Made by a program: the position numbers and the translations under genes
The notes under the pieces: generated by a model
The model's input: only the letters and a program-made list of their open reading frames with translations
Told to the model about the DNA's origin: nothing
The model's database searches: none
DNA from: a phage
DNA: 64,000 nt
Reading direction: 5' to 3' (one strand)
Sequence record: OZ335964.1
In this document: positions 9,384 through 18,375 of the stretch, one piece after another
Layout of the letters: each line of letters starts with the position of its first letter
Numbering within the stretch: the first letter of the stretch is position 1

Positions 9384-9746
9384 TTATCGCCCGATCTGAT
9401 ATTTCTCGATCAGCGTCCACTCTTCTTTCTGTTTAAAAGACAGTACACGGAAATTATTAACTTCTGTAGTTTCAAAATCACTATCAATCAGGGTGCATAG
9501 ATTCCACTGCGCAAGAAGTTTTGCAATATTATTACGGCGCAATTCATCTTCCCACGTCATCTTAACACTACGACCATCTAATTTCAACAACTCCTTGAAA
9601 TGAACGATGTAATAGCGCCCCTTCTTCTGGAGAATATGACAAGACTGATACAGTGTCTTGTCTCGATTGTTGGCAATGCCGCAGCGGGTTAAAGTCTCCT
9701 TAATTTTAAGGAAGTTTTCAGGATTAATCAAATTAATTTCAATCAT
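9384..9746 (-). CDS. regA: translational repressor RegA
   Basis: 120 aa; MIEINLINPENFLKIKETLTRCGIANNRDKTLYQSCHILQKKGRYYIVHFKE... nearly collinear with recalled T4 RegA. Confidence 0.9.
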   Translation of the reverse strand: MIEINLINPENFLKIKETLTRCGIANNRDKTLYQSCHILQKKGRYYIVHFKELLKLDGRSVKMTWEDELRRNNIAKLLAQWNLCTLIDSDFETTEVNNFRVLSFKQKEEWTLIEKYQIGR

Positions 9747-9747
9747 T

Positions 9748-10326
9748 TTACCACCTTTCTATAATCTTTTTAAGTCGTTTCCTTTCTGTCTGATTCTTAG
9801 TAACACCCGCCAAAAGTTCATCGGTCGCATACGGTTTAATGTGCTTCAATAACTTGTCCATATATCCCTTTTCATTAGCCAAATCGAGATAAAATCGGGC
9901 GTCATCCATATTTACACAATATGCTTTCGCCACTGCCATTAAAACCAATTTTTGGTCTAATTCTTCTGTTAGTTTAGCCCATTTACCGTATCGTTTCCCC
10001 TTAGAAATACTCTGTAAGAGATAATCAAAATGCATTTGATCTGGGAGGCCATGACCGATTAAATTCATCACATACGCGCTATATAGGCAATCTGCGTGCT
10101 GGGAAAGAGCGGTATTAATCCATCTCTGATTGTATGCAGAATTATTCCCAACATTAACGCGCTGTTTATCTAAGGTGATATGATCCATCAGAGCAAATAA
10201 TGCATTGTCGGTTTTCTCGGTGAATGTGTCCGCTAGTTCAGACACTTTTTCCCAATCACGAGAGCGCCATGCAATTTCATGCTCGTTTAATTGTGTATCA
10301 TCTTCACCGAAAAATTGACCTAACAT
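9748..10326 (-). CDS. 62: clamp loader small subunit gp62
   Basis: 192 aa; ...QLNEHEIAW.S.DW..., ...YVMNLIGHGL..., ...KGKRYGKWAKL... match recalled T4 gp62; between regA and 44. Confidence 0.85.
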   Translation of the reverse strand: MLGQFFGEDDTQLNEHEIAWRSRDWEKVSELADTFTEKTDNALFALMDHITLDKQRVNVGNNSAYNQRWINTALSQHADCLYSAYVMNLIGHGLPDQMHFDYLLQSISKGKRYGKWAKLTEELDQKLVLMAVAKAYCVNMDDARFYLDLANEKGYMDKLLKHIKPYATDELLAGVTKNQTERKRLKKIIERW

Positions 10327-11300
10327 TATACGAACTCCAATTCAACCATTAATTGCATTAACAAAAAGACAATGTGAATCTCTTTATCAGCCGCGTGCGC
10401 AAACATCTGATTATTTTCACCGATAATCTCGGTCAGTCGGATAATCGACGCTGGCTTAACTTGAGTATACAACTCATTATAAAGTTTCTTGACAAATTGA
10501 GCGTATGTGTTGGTATATCGCGGTGCTAGTTTACGCACATTAGCAAACTGTTTAGTTTTAAGTGCTTCCACCACATCGGTTACTTCGGTATTGCTACTTT
10601 CGATAACCATGCTCAATACGCCAGCATCAATTTTACCATGTTTAGCGTAGCGGTCCAAAAGTTTCATTACGCGCCGGAAGTCTGGGAAGTTCTGCTTAAC
10701 CAGTTCCGCCAATACGCGCATTTCTTCTACTGGCACACCTTCTTTATCAAGAATTGCTTTACACCGGACGATCATTTCTTTCATCATGCGAAGCTGATCA
10801 TCTTTGGTCGGAGATCCAAACGTGATTGGGTCAAATCGAGATCGCAACGCTGGGATAATACCTTCTAGATCATTTGCTGTAATGATGAATGTCACATTGT
10901 TTGAGTATGCCTCAGAGAAACTACGCAAGTGTCTTTGAGCATCAGCCAGCCCCGCTCGGTCATACTCATCGATAATAACAACTTTGCCTTTTTCTCGTTT
11001 TTCTTCATCGAGTGATACACTCTGCGCAAAGCGTGTAATCTCATCGCGGATAAAATCAATCTTACAATCTGCGCCGTTAACAAACAGATAATCAACACCC
11101 ACATCTTCGCAAAGCGCCTTAGCAACGGTTGTTTTACCAGTACCCGGCGATGGGCTATGCAGAATCATTGAAGGGATTCGGCCTTGCTTAACAATCTGCG
11201 CGAAGATCTTTTTATCTGCTTCCGGCAGAATACATTCAGAAATTGATTTCGGACGGTATTTCTGTTCCCACTGAAACTCATTTTCATTAACACTCAGCAT
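10326..11300 (-). CDS. 44: clamp loader large subunit gp44 (AAA+)
   Basis: Walker A HSPSPGTGKTTVAKALC; near-collinear with recalled T4 gp44; start taken at internal Met (MLSVNENE...), ORF track extends to 11315. Confidence 0.9.
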   Translation of the reverse strand: MLSVNENEFQWEQKYRPKSISECILPEADKKIFAQIVKQGRIPSMILHSPSPGTGKTTVAKALCEDVGVDYLFVNGADCKIDFIRDEITRFAQSVSLDEEKREKGKVVIIDEYDRAGLADAQRHLRSFSEAYSNNVTFIITANDLEGIIPALRSRFDPITFGSPTKDDQLRMMKEMIVRCKAILDKEGVPVEEMRVLAELVKQNFPDFRRVMKLLDRYAKHGKIDAGVLSMVIESSNTEVTDVVEALKTKQFANVRKLAPRYTNTYAQFVKKLYNELYTQVKPASIIRLTEIIGENNQMFAHAADKEIHIVFLLMQLMVELEFV

Positions 11301-11365
11301 ATAATCACCTCTCACAAATTACATCATTAAAACGGGGAGTATTTACACTCCCCACAAACATTATA

Positions 11366-12055
11366 TTAGTCGGTGTAGCTGGAGTCAAGGTCACACGCGA
11401 TCATATAAGATACGGTTTCACTTGCCAGCCATACAGCCTTACGGCGAGTGAAGCTCAGTTTGTAATCGCCGAAGTCAGTAGCAACCAGTTTCATGTTATC
11501 TTTACGAATAAAGAAATGGAAGTCTGCGGTTCCGGCATATTCGCCCATATCAAGACAAAACATCTCATTAGGATTATTTTTGTCAATCTCTTCCCAACCT
11601 TTGATCATCAGACGACCATCAATCGGTAGAAACTCAAGTCGATCCACTTTAAGCTGATTGCTCATTTTCATAAGCTGTTTCAGATCGTCGTTGCTCAGTT
11701 CGTAATCTACATCGCTTGCAGGTGGAGTAACTCTGCCTTTCGGTGATACGATAGCGGCAGCACTAGCACCAGGATAATTAATTTTCAGACGATCGTTAGA
11801 CACACGAATGTTACCAGTGCGGTTATCAACCGTAATATCTGCTTCATCACCTACCAGATTCAGAATACCCAGGAAAGAGTTAAGATCATAGATCCCGATT
11901 TCGTGTTCCAGTTCTTGATTCAGAGTCGCTTCACCATATACAACGTTTGTCATGTTTTTGGTGATCAGGACGTTTCCTTTTTTCAGGATGATACCTGGGT
12001 TAATAGCGGAAAAGTTTTTCAGGGTAGCAATGGTTTCTTTAGTCAGTTTCATCAA
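11366..12055 (-). CDS. 45: sliding clamp gp45
   Basis: 229 aa; ...LKNFSAINPGIILK..., ...IYDLNSFLGILNLV... match recalled T4 gp45. Confidence 0.9.
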   Translation of the reverse strand: MMKLTKETIATLKNFSAINPGIILKKGNVLITKNMTNVVYGEATLNQELEHEIGIYDLNSFLGILNLVGDEADITVDNRTGNIRVSNDRLKINYPGASAAAIVSPKGRVTPPASDVDYELSNDDLKQLMKMSNQLKVDRLEFLPIDGRLMIKGWEEIDKNNPNEMFCLDMGEYAGTADFHFFIRKDNMKLVATDFGDYKLSFTRRKAVWLASETVSYMIACDLDSSYTD

Positions 12056-12082
12056 ATCACCTTTATCATGTTAATCAATTAA

Positions 12083-12481
12083 TTACGGGTTTACTTCGTG
12101 CTCGTTTTGAATCTTTAGCATTCTTTCGATAAATTTTTTCTCGGCTTCCTTGTCGGAAGAGTGAGTATACTTCAATCCAATGTAAGCTGTCAAGTATTGT
12201 TGCAGAGCATAGACAGTAACAGGATTCTTTGCGGTCTTTTTGCCGTCGAGATATACCAGATCACCACGAACATCAAACGCAAGTTTACGACGAATTACAT
12301 CATCAACAAATTTATCTAGGACAAAATACCACTCAATACATTCTATCCCGTGACGGTAGTTCATTACATCATTATCTTTGATATAGTCAAACGGAATATG
12401 ACATAATTTACGATTTTGTAGGATGAATAGCATTTGTTCTTTTAAGCCCATACGTTTCATTCTATCACTTCCCATCAGCAA
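12083..12481 (-). CDS. hypothetical protein (132 aa), possibly RpbA by position
   Basis: Immediately upstream of gene 45, where T4 has rpbA; no sequence motif verified. Confidence 0.3.
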   Translation of the reverse strand: MLMGSDRMKRMGLKEQMLFILQNRKLCHIPFDYIKDNDVMNYRHGIECIEWYFVLDKFVDDVIRRKLAFDVRGDLVYLDGKKTAKNPVTVYALQQYLTAYIGLKYTHSSDKEAEKKFIERMLKIQNEHEVNP

Positions 12482-12857
12482 TTGCGATCAGACGAGTTAC
12501 TACTACGCTAGCGGCTTCAATCAGCAGTTCATCGGTGTCAATCTGATAACCCTTTTCGAGAATATCTTTACCACGAATAGTTTTAGCGCCTTTAGCAATT
12601 GAATCATCGTAATACTTGCGCATTGCCGCGATCCATTCTTTTTGCACCATATCATCAATATGCGCATACAGTTCAAAGCGTGCTTGCTGCGGGATAACCT
12701 TCATTTTAGCTTTCTCACTTTCCGGCATTTGCAGTACCCACGCTTTACGGATCTTGTTCATTGCTCGGTCAAATTCGAGGCTGGTTTTCTTGTTCTGAAT
12801 GTCTGCTACAGTAATTTTAGCCAGGTTTGCGGAAGTAGTCATAATATTAATCTCCAA
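12465..12857 (-). CDS. hypothetical protein (130 aa)
   Basis: Co-oriented ORF between 46 and 45. Confidence 0.4.
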   Translation of the reverse strand: MEINIMTTSANLAKITVADIQNKKTSLEFDRAMNKIRKAWVLQMPESEKAKMKVIPQQARFELYAHIDDMVQKEWIAAMRKYYDDSIAKGAKTIRGKDILEKGYQIDTDELLIEAASVVVTRLIAIADGK

Positions 12858-12872
12858 AATAAAATCAGTATA

Positions 12873-13103
12873 TCACGTTCTAAAGTTTGTTGCAACCCCA
12901 GCATCAGGGTAATCAAGTTTATCAAAGTTGGGGACCAGCATAAACTCATGATGACGACAAGACAACATTTTTGTTATGTCTTCATCGCTGTATATGCTGT
13001 TTTTCATATCCCCCATACTAACTACATATTCTTCACCGGAATATAGATTGATTAATGTATACAATTCTAACTCCGGCTGCGTTACTCTGTCAAATGTTAA
13101 CAT
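12873..13103 (-). CDS. hypothetical protein (76 aa)
   Basis: Co-oriented ORF, 45.2-like position. Confidence 0.35.
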   Translation of the reverse strand: MLTFDRVTQPELELYTLINLYSGEEYVVSMGDMKNSIYSDEDITKMLSCRHHEFMLVPNFDKLDYPDAGVATNFRT

Positions 13104-14787
13104 TCATTTCAGTGAATCGCCCACGTTTAACCATCTTGAGATGACGGCTAAAATCATCAGGGTTATGGTCACGATGGCTGATAATATACACGTTATCATC
13201 TAACTTGTCAATGATGGAATCAAGTGCTTTTACGCCTTGAACGTCGGTCGCTCCATCATAAATTTCGTCGAGTACCAACAAAGAAATATTAGTACCAGAT
13301 ACCTTACCAGCAACATCACGCCATGTAAAGAGCATCGCAAGATCAATACGTGCTTTTTCGCCTTGACTGAATGATGTATACGAAAACGATTCACGCCCCC
13401 GTGATTTGATTGTTTCGTTAAACTCTTCATCTAGCGTAAAGATATAATCTGCTTCCATGATATCAAGATAATACGCAATCCGATCATTGAAATATGGAAT
13501 ATATTTCTTGACGATAGACGCCTTAACACCGGAATCCTTCAACATTTCTGTTACAAATCCACGATGATATTTTTCAAGAACTAGCTTTGATTTTTCATTA
13601 GTAATCTCTACCAGTTCGTGTTCCAGTTTAGCAAGTTCTTCGGAATTGTCAACCCTTTCTTTTTGTAATTCCTGAATTGCTTTCTGGATCTGTTTAGCAC
13701 GACCTACAGATGCCGTTAAATTCGCTCTCTGTGACTCTATAGCGCGTTTAATTTCCAAGACCTTAGTTTGTGCTGTCTGGAAAGAATTGGCTTTCTCTGC
13801 GTATTCTACGCGTTTCTCGTCAATAAGAGACAGTTTATGTTCCGCTTGTGCTTTTTGTTCGCGTACAGCCTGATCATTACCCTGAATGATCGGTTGTGTG
13901 CACGTCGGGCAGACCCCGCCTTTCTCGTGCATATGGATAACACGATCAAAGTTCTGGATCTGTGCACCAATCTGTGCGATAGCCGTATTAATTTTAGCCA
14001 ATGCCGCGCTAGGATCTTCCGGCATAACAACAGCCAATAGCTCATCGGTCAAGCGCGTTTCTTCGGCTTTGAATGCTTTAGCCGATTCTACCTCTTTATC
14101 ATACATATTCTGCAAACGCTGTAGATTCTCGGCACTCGCCTTGCTAGCGTCTTCTATGTACTTTTTATGAGTGTTGATTTGTTGCTGAACGTGATTAGCT
14201 TTCATTTCCTGCATTTGGATATTCTGGGTAATCTCGCGCACATACGCTTTATTCAGTTTATCCATTTCGCCTAGCGTAGCAATATCAAGCAAATCCTCGA
14301 CCAGTTTACGGCGACCCGCTGCCGGAAGACTCATAAACGGAACATAACCAGCAGTACCTAAAACAACGATCTGTTTAAAGCTGGCTAGGTTCATGCCTAT
14401 GATACCTTCAAAATATTCCTGAAAGTCTTTGGTGCTTGCGCTCTCGTCGATCTTTTGACCGTCGCGATGCACTTCGAATACTTCCGGTTTTTGACCACGT
14501 TTGATATAAAACTCTTTCCCGTCCAGTTCAAACCAGACTTCGACTAACAGTTTCTTTTTGTTGACGCTGTTAATCAATTGGCCTTTCTTGATACTACGAA
14601 ACGGTTTACCGAACAACACAAAGCAAAGAGCCTCGATCATGGTCGATTTACCAGCACCGTTAACACCAGTGATTAGTGTCTTTTTGAATCCGTCTAGCTG
14701 AATCTCAACAGGTTCAGCACCCACGCTCATTATATTTTGATAGCGCAAGGTTTTAAAATTTAACTTTGCCATTAATCCACTCCGCAA
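13090..14787 (-). CDS. 46: recombination endonuclease subunit gp46 (SbcC/Rad50-like ATPase)
   Basis: 565 aa; Walker A GVNGAGKST at N-terminus, long coiled-coil centre, C-terminal ...LLVLDEI... signature/D-loop region. Confidence 0.9.
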   Translation of the reverse strand: MRSGLMAKLNFKTLRYQNIMSVGAEPVEIQLDGFKKTLITGVNGAGKSTMIEALCFVLFGKPFRSIKKGQLINSVNKKKLLVEVWFELDGKEFYIKRGQKPEVFEVHRDGQKIDESASTKDFQEYFEGIIGMNLASFKQIVVLGTAGYVPFMSLPAAGRRKLVEDLLDIATLGEMDKLNKAYVREITQNIQMQEMKANHVQQQINTHKKYIEDASKASAENLQRLQNMYDKEVESAKAFKAEETRLTDELLAVVMPEDPSAALAKINTAIAQIGAQIQNFDRVIHMHEKGGVCPTCTQPIIQGNDQAVREQKAQAEHKLSLIDEKRVEYAEKANSFQTAQTKVLEIKRAIESQRANLTASVGRAKQIQKAIQELQKERVDNSEELAKLEHELVEITNEKSKLVLEKYHRGFVTEMLKDSGVKASIVKKYIPYFNDRIAYYLDIMEADYIFTLDEEFNETIKSRGRESFSYTSFSQGEKARIDLAMLFTWRDVAGKVSGTNISLLVLDEIYDGATDVQGVKALDSIIDKLDDNVYIISHRDHNPDDFSRHLKMVKRGRFTEMNVNI

Positions 14788-15016
14788 TCACACATTCCAT
14801 AATATTAAATGCTAACACATCTTCATCAATGTTGTAAACACTTGCTGCCTTCACTTTAACTAATGTGTCTCTGCGATCTGGCAGCATGATCACATAATCC
14901 AGTGTCGCCGGATCATATGTCATAAAGGGATCAATGTAAATCCCTTTATTCAATGCCAGATATTCGCGAAGACCTTCTATAACCCTGTGTCTAAGGTAGG
15001 TCATCGATAGAATCAT
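14753..15016 (-). CDS. hypothetical protein (87 aa)
   Basis: Co-oriented ORF between 47 and 46. Confidence 0.4.
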   Translation of the reverse strand: MILSMTYLRHRVIEGLREYLALNKGIYIDPFMTYDPATLDYVIMLPDRRDTLVKVKAASVYNIDEDVLAFNIMECVIAEWINGKVKF

Positions 15017-15609
15017 TTTAGTTTATGTTCCTCTAAAAATTCTTCAATTTCACCTTGCAGGTCTTCCGCTTGTTGTTCCAGAATATCGCGAAATTCACCT
15101 ACAGTCAAGCGATAATCACACTTCACCAGTCGATGTGGGAGAATATACCCTTTATACATCGTCTCTGACGCTTCCAGGAATACCCCACTATGCATGACAG
15201 AGATCCAACCTGTTAGCGTCAATGGAGTATTCGGAAAATAATACTTGCTGGATTGTTTCCACTGGACGAAAGCACCATATACAATCGGATTATATTCACC
15301 AACCACACTCTTAATAATGGCTTCTACTTTGTCTTTTACAAATACGCCAATGTCCATAGTTACCATCAAATCCTGTGGATGAATCACTTTAAGGTAACGA
15401 CGATAACCGTCATCATACCACATCTTAACCACTGGCTGACCCCACATTTTAGCAATACGCGCTTTCAGATAGCCATAGATCGGATTCTTGCAATGTGATT
15501 GTTTTAGTGTGTATGTGTGCACCAATTCAATAAAATGTTCCATTACCAGCGAATCAGAATCAGCCGCGACCATAGTCGTATTCATAATATGTTCCTCGTT
15601 CAATTTCAT
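15013..15609 (-). CDS. hypothetical protein (198 aa)
   Basis: Co-oriented ORF between 47 and 46; stop/start overlap with neighbours. Confidence 0.45.
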   Translation of the reverse strand: MKLNEEHIMNTTMVAADSDSLVMEHFIELVHTYTLKQSHCKNPIYGYLKARIAKMWGQPVVKMWYDDGYRRYLKVIHPQDLMVTMDIGVFVKDKVEAIIKSVVGEYNPIVYGAFVQWKQSSKYYFPNTPLTLTGWISVMHSGVFLEASETMYKGYILPHRLVKCDYRLTVGEFRDILEQQAEDLQGEIEEFLEEHKLK

Positions 15610-15904
15610 ATTGTTTCAGGTCTTCTAAAAGCTCATCCATTGCTTGTTTCAGCGTATGACGTAGCGTAAAGTAATAGCTTTCATCAAATTCTATTTCTGC
15701 GCGAGGGATAGAGCGAAACTTACACTTAACGGTAGTATCAGTGAGTCGCTTTTCGACCATCATCCGAACTTCTTCATGCTCTTTGGAATACCATACATCA
15801 ACGGAGATCCCCTTACGTCGAGCAAACATAGGCAAAGCTGCATTAAATTCTACTACTTTTTGTGCAAGTGTTTTCATTTTACATACTCCACGATTCACGG
15901 GCAA
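15560..15904 (-). CDS. hypothetical protein (114 aa)
   Basis: Co-oriented ORF between 47 and 46. Confidence 0.4.
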   Translation of the reverse strand: MPVNRGVCKMKTLAQKVVEFNAALPMFARRKGISVDVWYSKEHEEVRMMVEKRLTDTTVKCKFRSIPRAEIEFDESYYFTLRHTLKQAMDELLEDLKQYEIERGTYYEYDYGRG

Positions 15905-16136
15905 TCACATTCTGGGTAATATCAGCAATCTTACGGGATACGATGTTTGTTAGCCCCTCTTTGGTGATATTTTCACGATCAAATGGGATTTCGTCATGAG
16001 TCCATAACCCAGAGTTAGACCGAAATGATAGCATATACTGACCATCTCGCACAACCTCAAATACATGGATCTTTGTGAACTTCGCTAAACCTTCGTTGAT
16101 TTCTTTCAGTGCATTAGTAATCATAACAACCTCCAA
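15879..16136 (-). CDS. hypothetical protein (85 aa)
   Basis: Co-oriented ORF between 47 and 46. Confidence 0.4.
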   Translation of the reverse strand: MEVVMITNALKEINEGLAKFTKIHVFEVVRDGQYMLSFRSNSGLWTHDEIPFDRENITKEGLTNIVSRKIADITQNVIARESWSM

Positions 16137-16179
16137 TCAATTTTTTAGAGAGTATAACGGGGATTTCTCCCCGCGTCAA

Positions 16180-17205
16180 CTAACTTTTTGCGCTATTTAC
16201 TTCGGCTAAAAGTTCATCAGAAATACGCTTGACCGCCGCAAGTTCTTCTGGTTCTAGGTTTTGTTCTTCCAGATATTCATAGACCATCTGAATAGTGCTT
16301 TTAACTTCAATAACACCTGTTTCCTGTGATGCGCTACTCTCCAGCTTATGGACCACTTTTAGCTTGTGCACAACGGCCTCTAACGCGCTTTCTAACTTAG
16401 TTAACCCATTATCAGCGACCGTTGCGATAAGACGCACACTAAGCCCCTTAAAGCGTTCTACATCGATTTTATCATCTGACGGGTAAGTAATACGCACATG
16501 ATAAGTTTTGTCATTCTGAATAAACTCTTTTTTGTGTGTATCGGTATCGAATACCCAAAAACCACGCGGATCGTTTTCGTCACCCGCCGTTAGTGTGTAT
16601 GGTGTACCAATATATGTTACGTTACCGCCATCGCTGATAGTATGAAAGTGACCGGAAAACACTTCACGGTATTTCTTGAGGAAGTCCGCGCTATAACCTT
16701 CGGATTTTAGCCCTTTATAGAAATAGTAACCGGACAATTCCCAATGGCCTACACAATATTCGCTGAATGAGTTTTGAATAAACTCTAAAATCTCTGATTT
16801 ATTGTCATCACAAAACCACGGGAACAGATCAAATGATACACCATCAAAGGTAACTGTTTCCGGCTTATCAATGACCTTAATGCAATCATACTGGCTTAAC
16901 ACTTCACGCGGTGCGTTAGGCTGGATCTTATTGCGCTTAAACATATCATGATTCCCGACCGTGATATAACAAGTAATACCAGCCTCTTCCAGTAACGGGA
17001 TGACCTTAGTACGGTTAAATTTCATGGTTTCATGAGTAATTGCTTTTCGGCAATCAAACCAATCCCCTGTTTGAATCCATGTCTTAATATTATGCTCTTT
17101 GGAGTATTCAACCGCTTTCTTGATGGTATCAAGAATATACTCATGCACCCACGGATCATCGCCACCGATACCAGTATGCAGATCACCTAAAAGCAAAATT
17201 TTCAT
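16180..17205 (-). CDS. 47: recombination endonuclease subunit gp47 (SbcD/Mre11-like phosphoesterase)
   Basis: 341 aa; N-terminal MKILLLGDLHTG and GNHD metallophosphatase motifs. Confidence 0.9.
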   Translation of the reverse strand: MKILLLGDLHTGIGGDDPWVHEYILDTIKKAVEYSKEHNIKTWIQTGDWFDCRKAITHETMKFNRTKVIPLLEEAGITCYITVGNHDMFKRNKIQPNAPREVLSQYDCIKVIDKPETVTFDGVSFDLFPWFCDDNKSEILEFIQNSFSEYCVGHWELSGYYFYKGLKSEGYSADFLKKYREVFSGHFHTISDGGNVTYIGTPYTLTAGDENDPRGFWVFDTDTHKKEFIQNDKTYHVRITYPSDDKIDVERFKGLSVRLIATVADNGLTKLESALEAVVHKLKVVHKLESSASQETGVIEVKSTIQMVYEYLEEQNLEPEELAAVKRISDELLAEVNSAKS

Positions 17206-17249
17206 AGTCTCTTCCTCTCTTCGTTTTCGATGCTCTCACTATATCACAG

Positions 17250-17285
17250 AAAAATAAAAAGGGAAACCCCTTTCGGAGTCTCCCT
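17250..17285 (-). terminator. putative terminator upstream of gene 47
   Basis: GC-rich imperfect hairpin (GGGAGACUCCGAAAGGGGUUUCCC on minus strand) followed by UUUUUAUUUUU. Confidence 0.45.
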
Positions 17286-17295
17286 TATAAAGCCA

Positions 17296-17583
17296 TTACA
17301 GCATACTTAATACCGTTTGCCGTGTACTGACCCACATAGCAGAAAGCAGTTCTGGCGTGTGTGGCTGTTTGTAGATATCACGTAACTTTCCGATAGCGTA
17401 GATATACGCATCACGGTTATCATCGATGATAGCTTGTTCAGCCCACCGCTTAAGGCGTGCAATCTCTCGCGAGTTCTTACGCAAGATCTTTTCCGCTTTC
17501 TTAGCGGCTTTCGCCTCTAGTTCTGCTTGAACTTTGTCTACTTCATTCACTACAATCTGGTCATGTTGTTCATCGTAAGTCAT
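17296..17583 (-). CDS. hypothetical protein (95 aa)
   Basis: Co-oriented ORF between 55 and 47 (T4 has alpha-gt here). Confidence 0.4.
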   Translation of the reverse strand: MTYDEQHDQIVVNEVDKVQAELEAKAAKKAEKILRKNSREIARLKRWAEQAIIDDNRDAYIYAIGKLRDIYKQPHTPELLSAMWVSTRQTVLSML

Positions 17584-17584
17584 A

Positions 17585-17818
17585 TTATTTTCCTTCTGGG
17601 ATATAGTCGATGATTAAAGAAAATTCATCTTCTGATACATTATAGCTATGTGAGATTGTACCCGTAAAGACCTCAAGATCCGGTGACTTGATATTACACG
17701 GATCGATAATCACCGGAACGCCGCAATCTCTCAAAAATAATTTGGCGAAATACGGCACAAGGTCAGTTTCAAACTCTGCTTCTTCCAGCAAACGGGAAAT
17801 GTTAATTTTCAATCTCAT
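17585..17818 (-). CDS. hypothetical protein (77 aa)
   Basis: Co-oriented ORF between 55 and 47. Confidence 0.4.
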   Translation of the reverse strand: MRLKINISRLLEEAEFETDLVPYFAKLFLRDCGVPVIIDPCNIKSPDLEVFTGTISHSYNVSEDEFSLIIDYIPEGK

Positions 17819-18335
17819 AAAATTGGTCCAGGCTAGGCAATTCCTCGGTCAATACATCTTCAACCTTTGGCGCTTTCGGTTTATTGACCGATTCCTCGTA
17901 GTTGTTGATTTTATCGTAAATGTCCTGTATGAATGCCTCATCCGCAATCTGGCACATATCAGCGTCGCGTTCGTCATATACATGATGCACAAAATATTTG
18001 TATTTTGCGGCTGTCGCTGTTCTTTCTTTTTTAATGCGCTGCACAAAAGCATTAAAGCACGCTTGCGTAATGTAAGCATGAGGATTTTTATACTTTGTCT
18101 CGTCAAAATTAATCAAACCCTTGACCGCCGCTTCGATTCCGTCGTCGATCATTTCTTCGCGCCATGTTTGACTATAGCCAGAAAAGTTAAAACGCCGTGA
18201 TAGATTTTTAGAGATTTGCATAATTGCTAGACCGATTTGGTCGCTCATTGGCACTTGCCGACCTTCTGCTGCAATTCGTTGTTTCCAACGGCAAATTTCT
18301 TCGTAAAGCTCTTTATTGTTTACATAATCAGACAC
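17802..18335 (-). CDS. 55: late-transcription sigma factor gp55
   Basis: 177 aa; ...YVNNKEL..., [50 protein letters not shown] near-identical to recalled T4 gp55. Confidence 0.92.
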   Translation of the reverse strand: MSDYVNNKELYEEICRWKQRIAAEGRQVPMSDQIGLAIMQISKNLSRRFNFSGYSQTWREEMIDDGIEAAVKGLINFDETKYKNPHAYITQACFNAFVQRIKKERTATAAKYKYFVHHVYDERDADMCQIADEAFIQDIYDKINNYEESVNKPKAPKVEDVLTEELPSLDQFYEIEN

Positions 18336-18375
18336 TTCGCACCCTCGCTATTATTTAGGAAATAACCCTTTCGGG

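Noticed and set aside
10638-18106. Same-strand alternative-frame ORFs inside gp44 (10892..11125), gp46 (13230..13430, 13806..14045) and gp55 (17849..18106)
   Set aside because: They overlap strongly supported genes in another frame, with no independent support.
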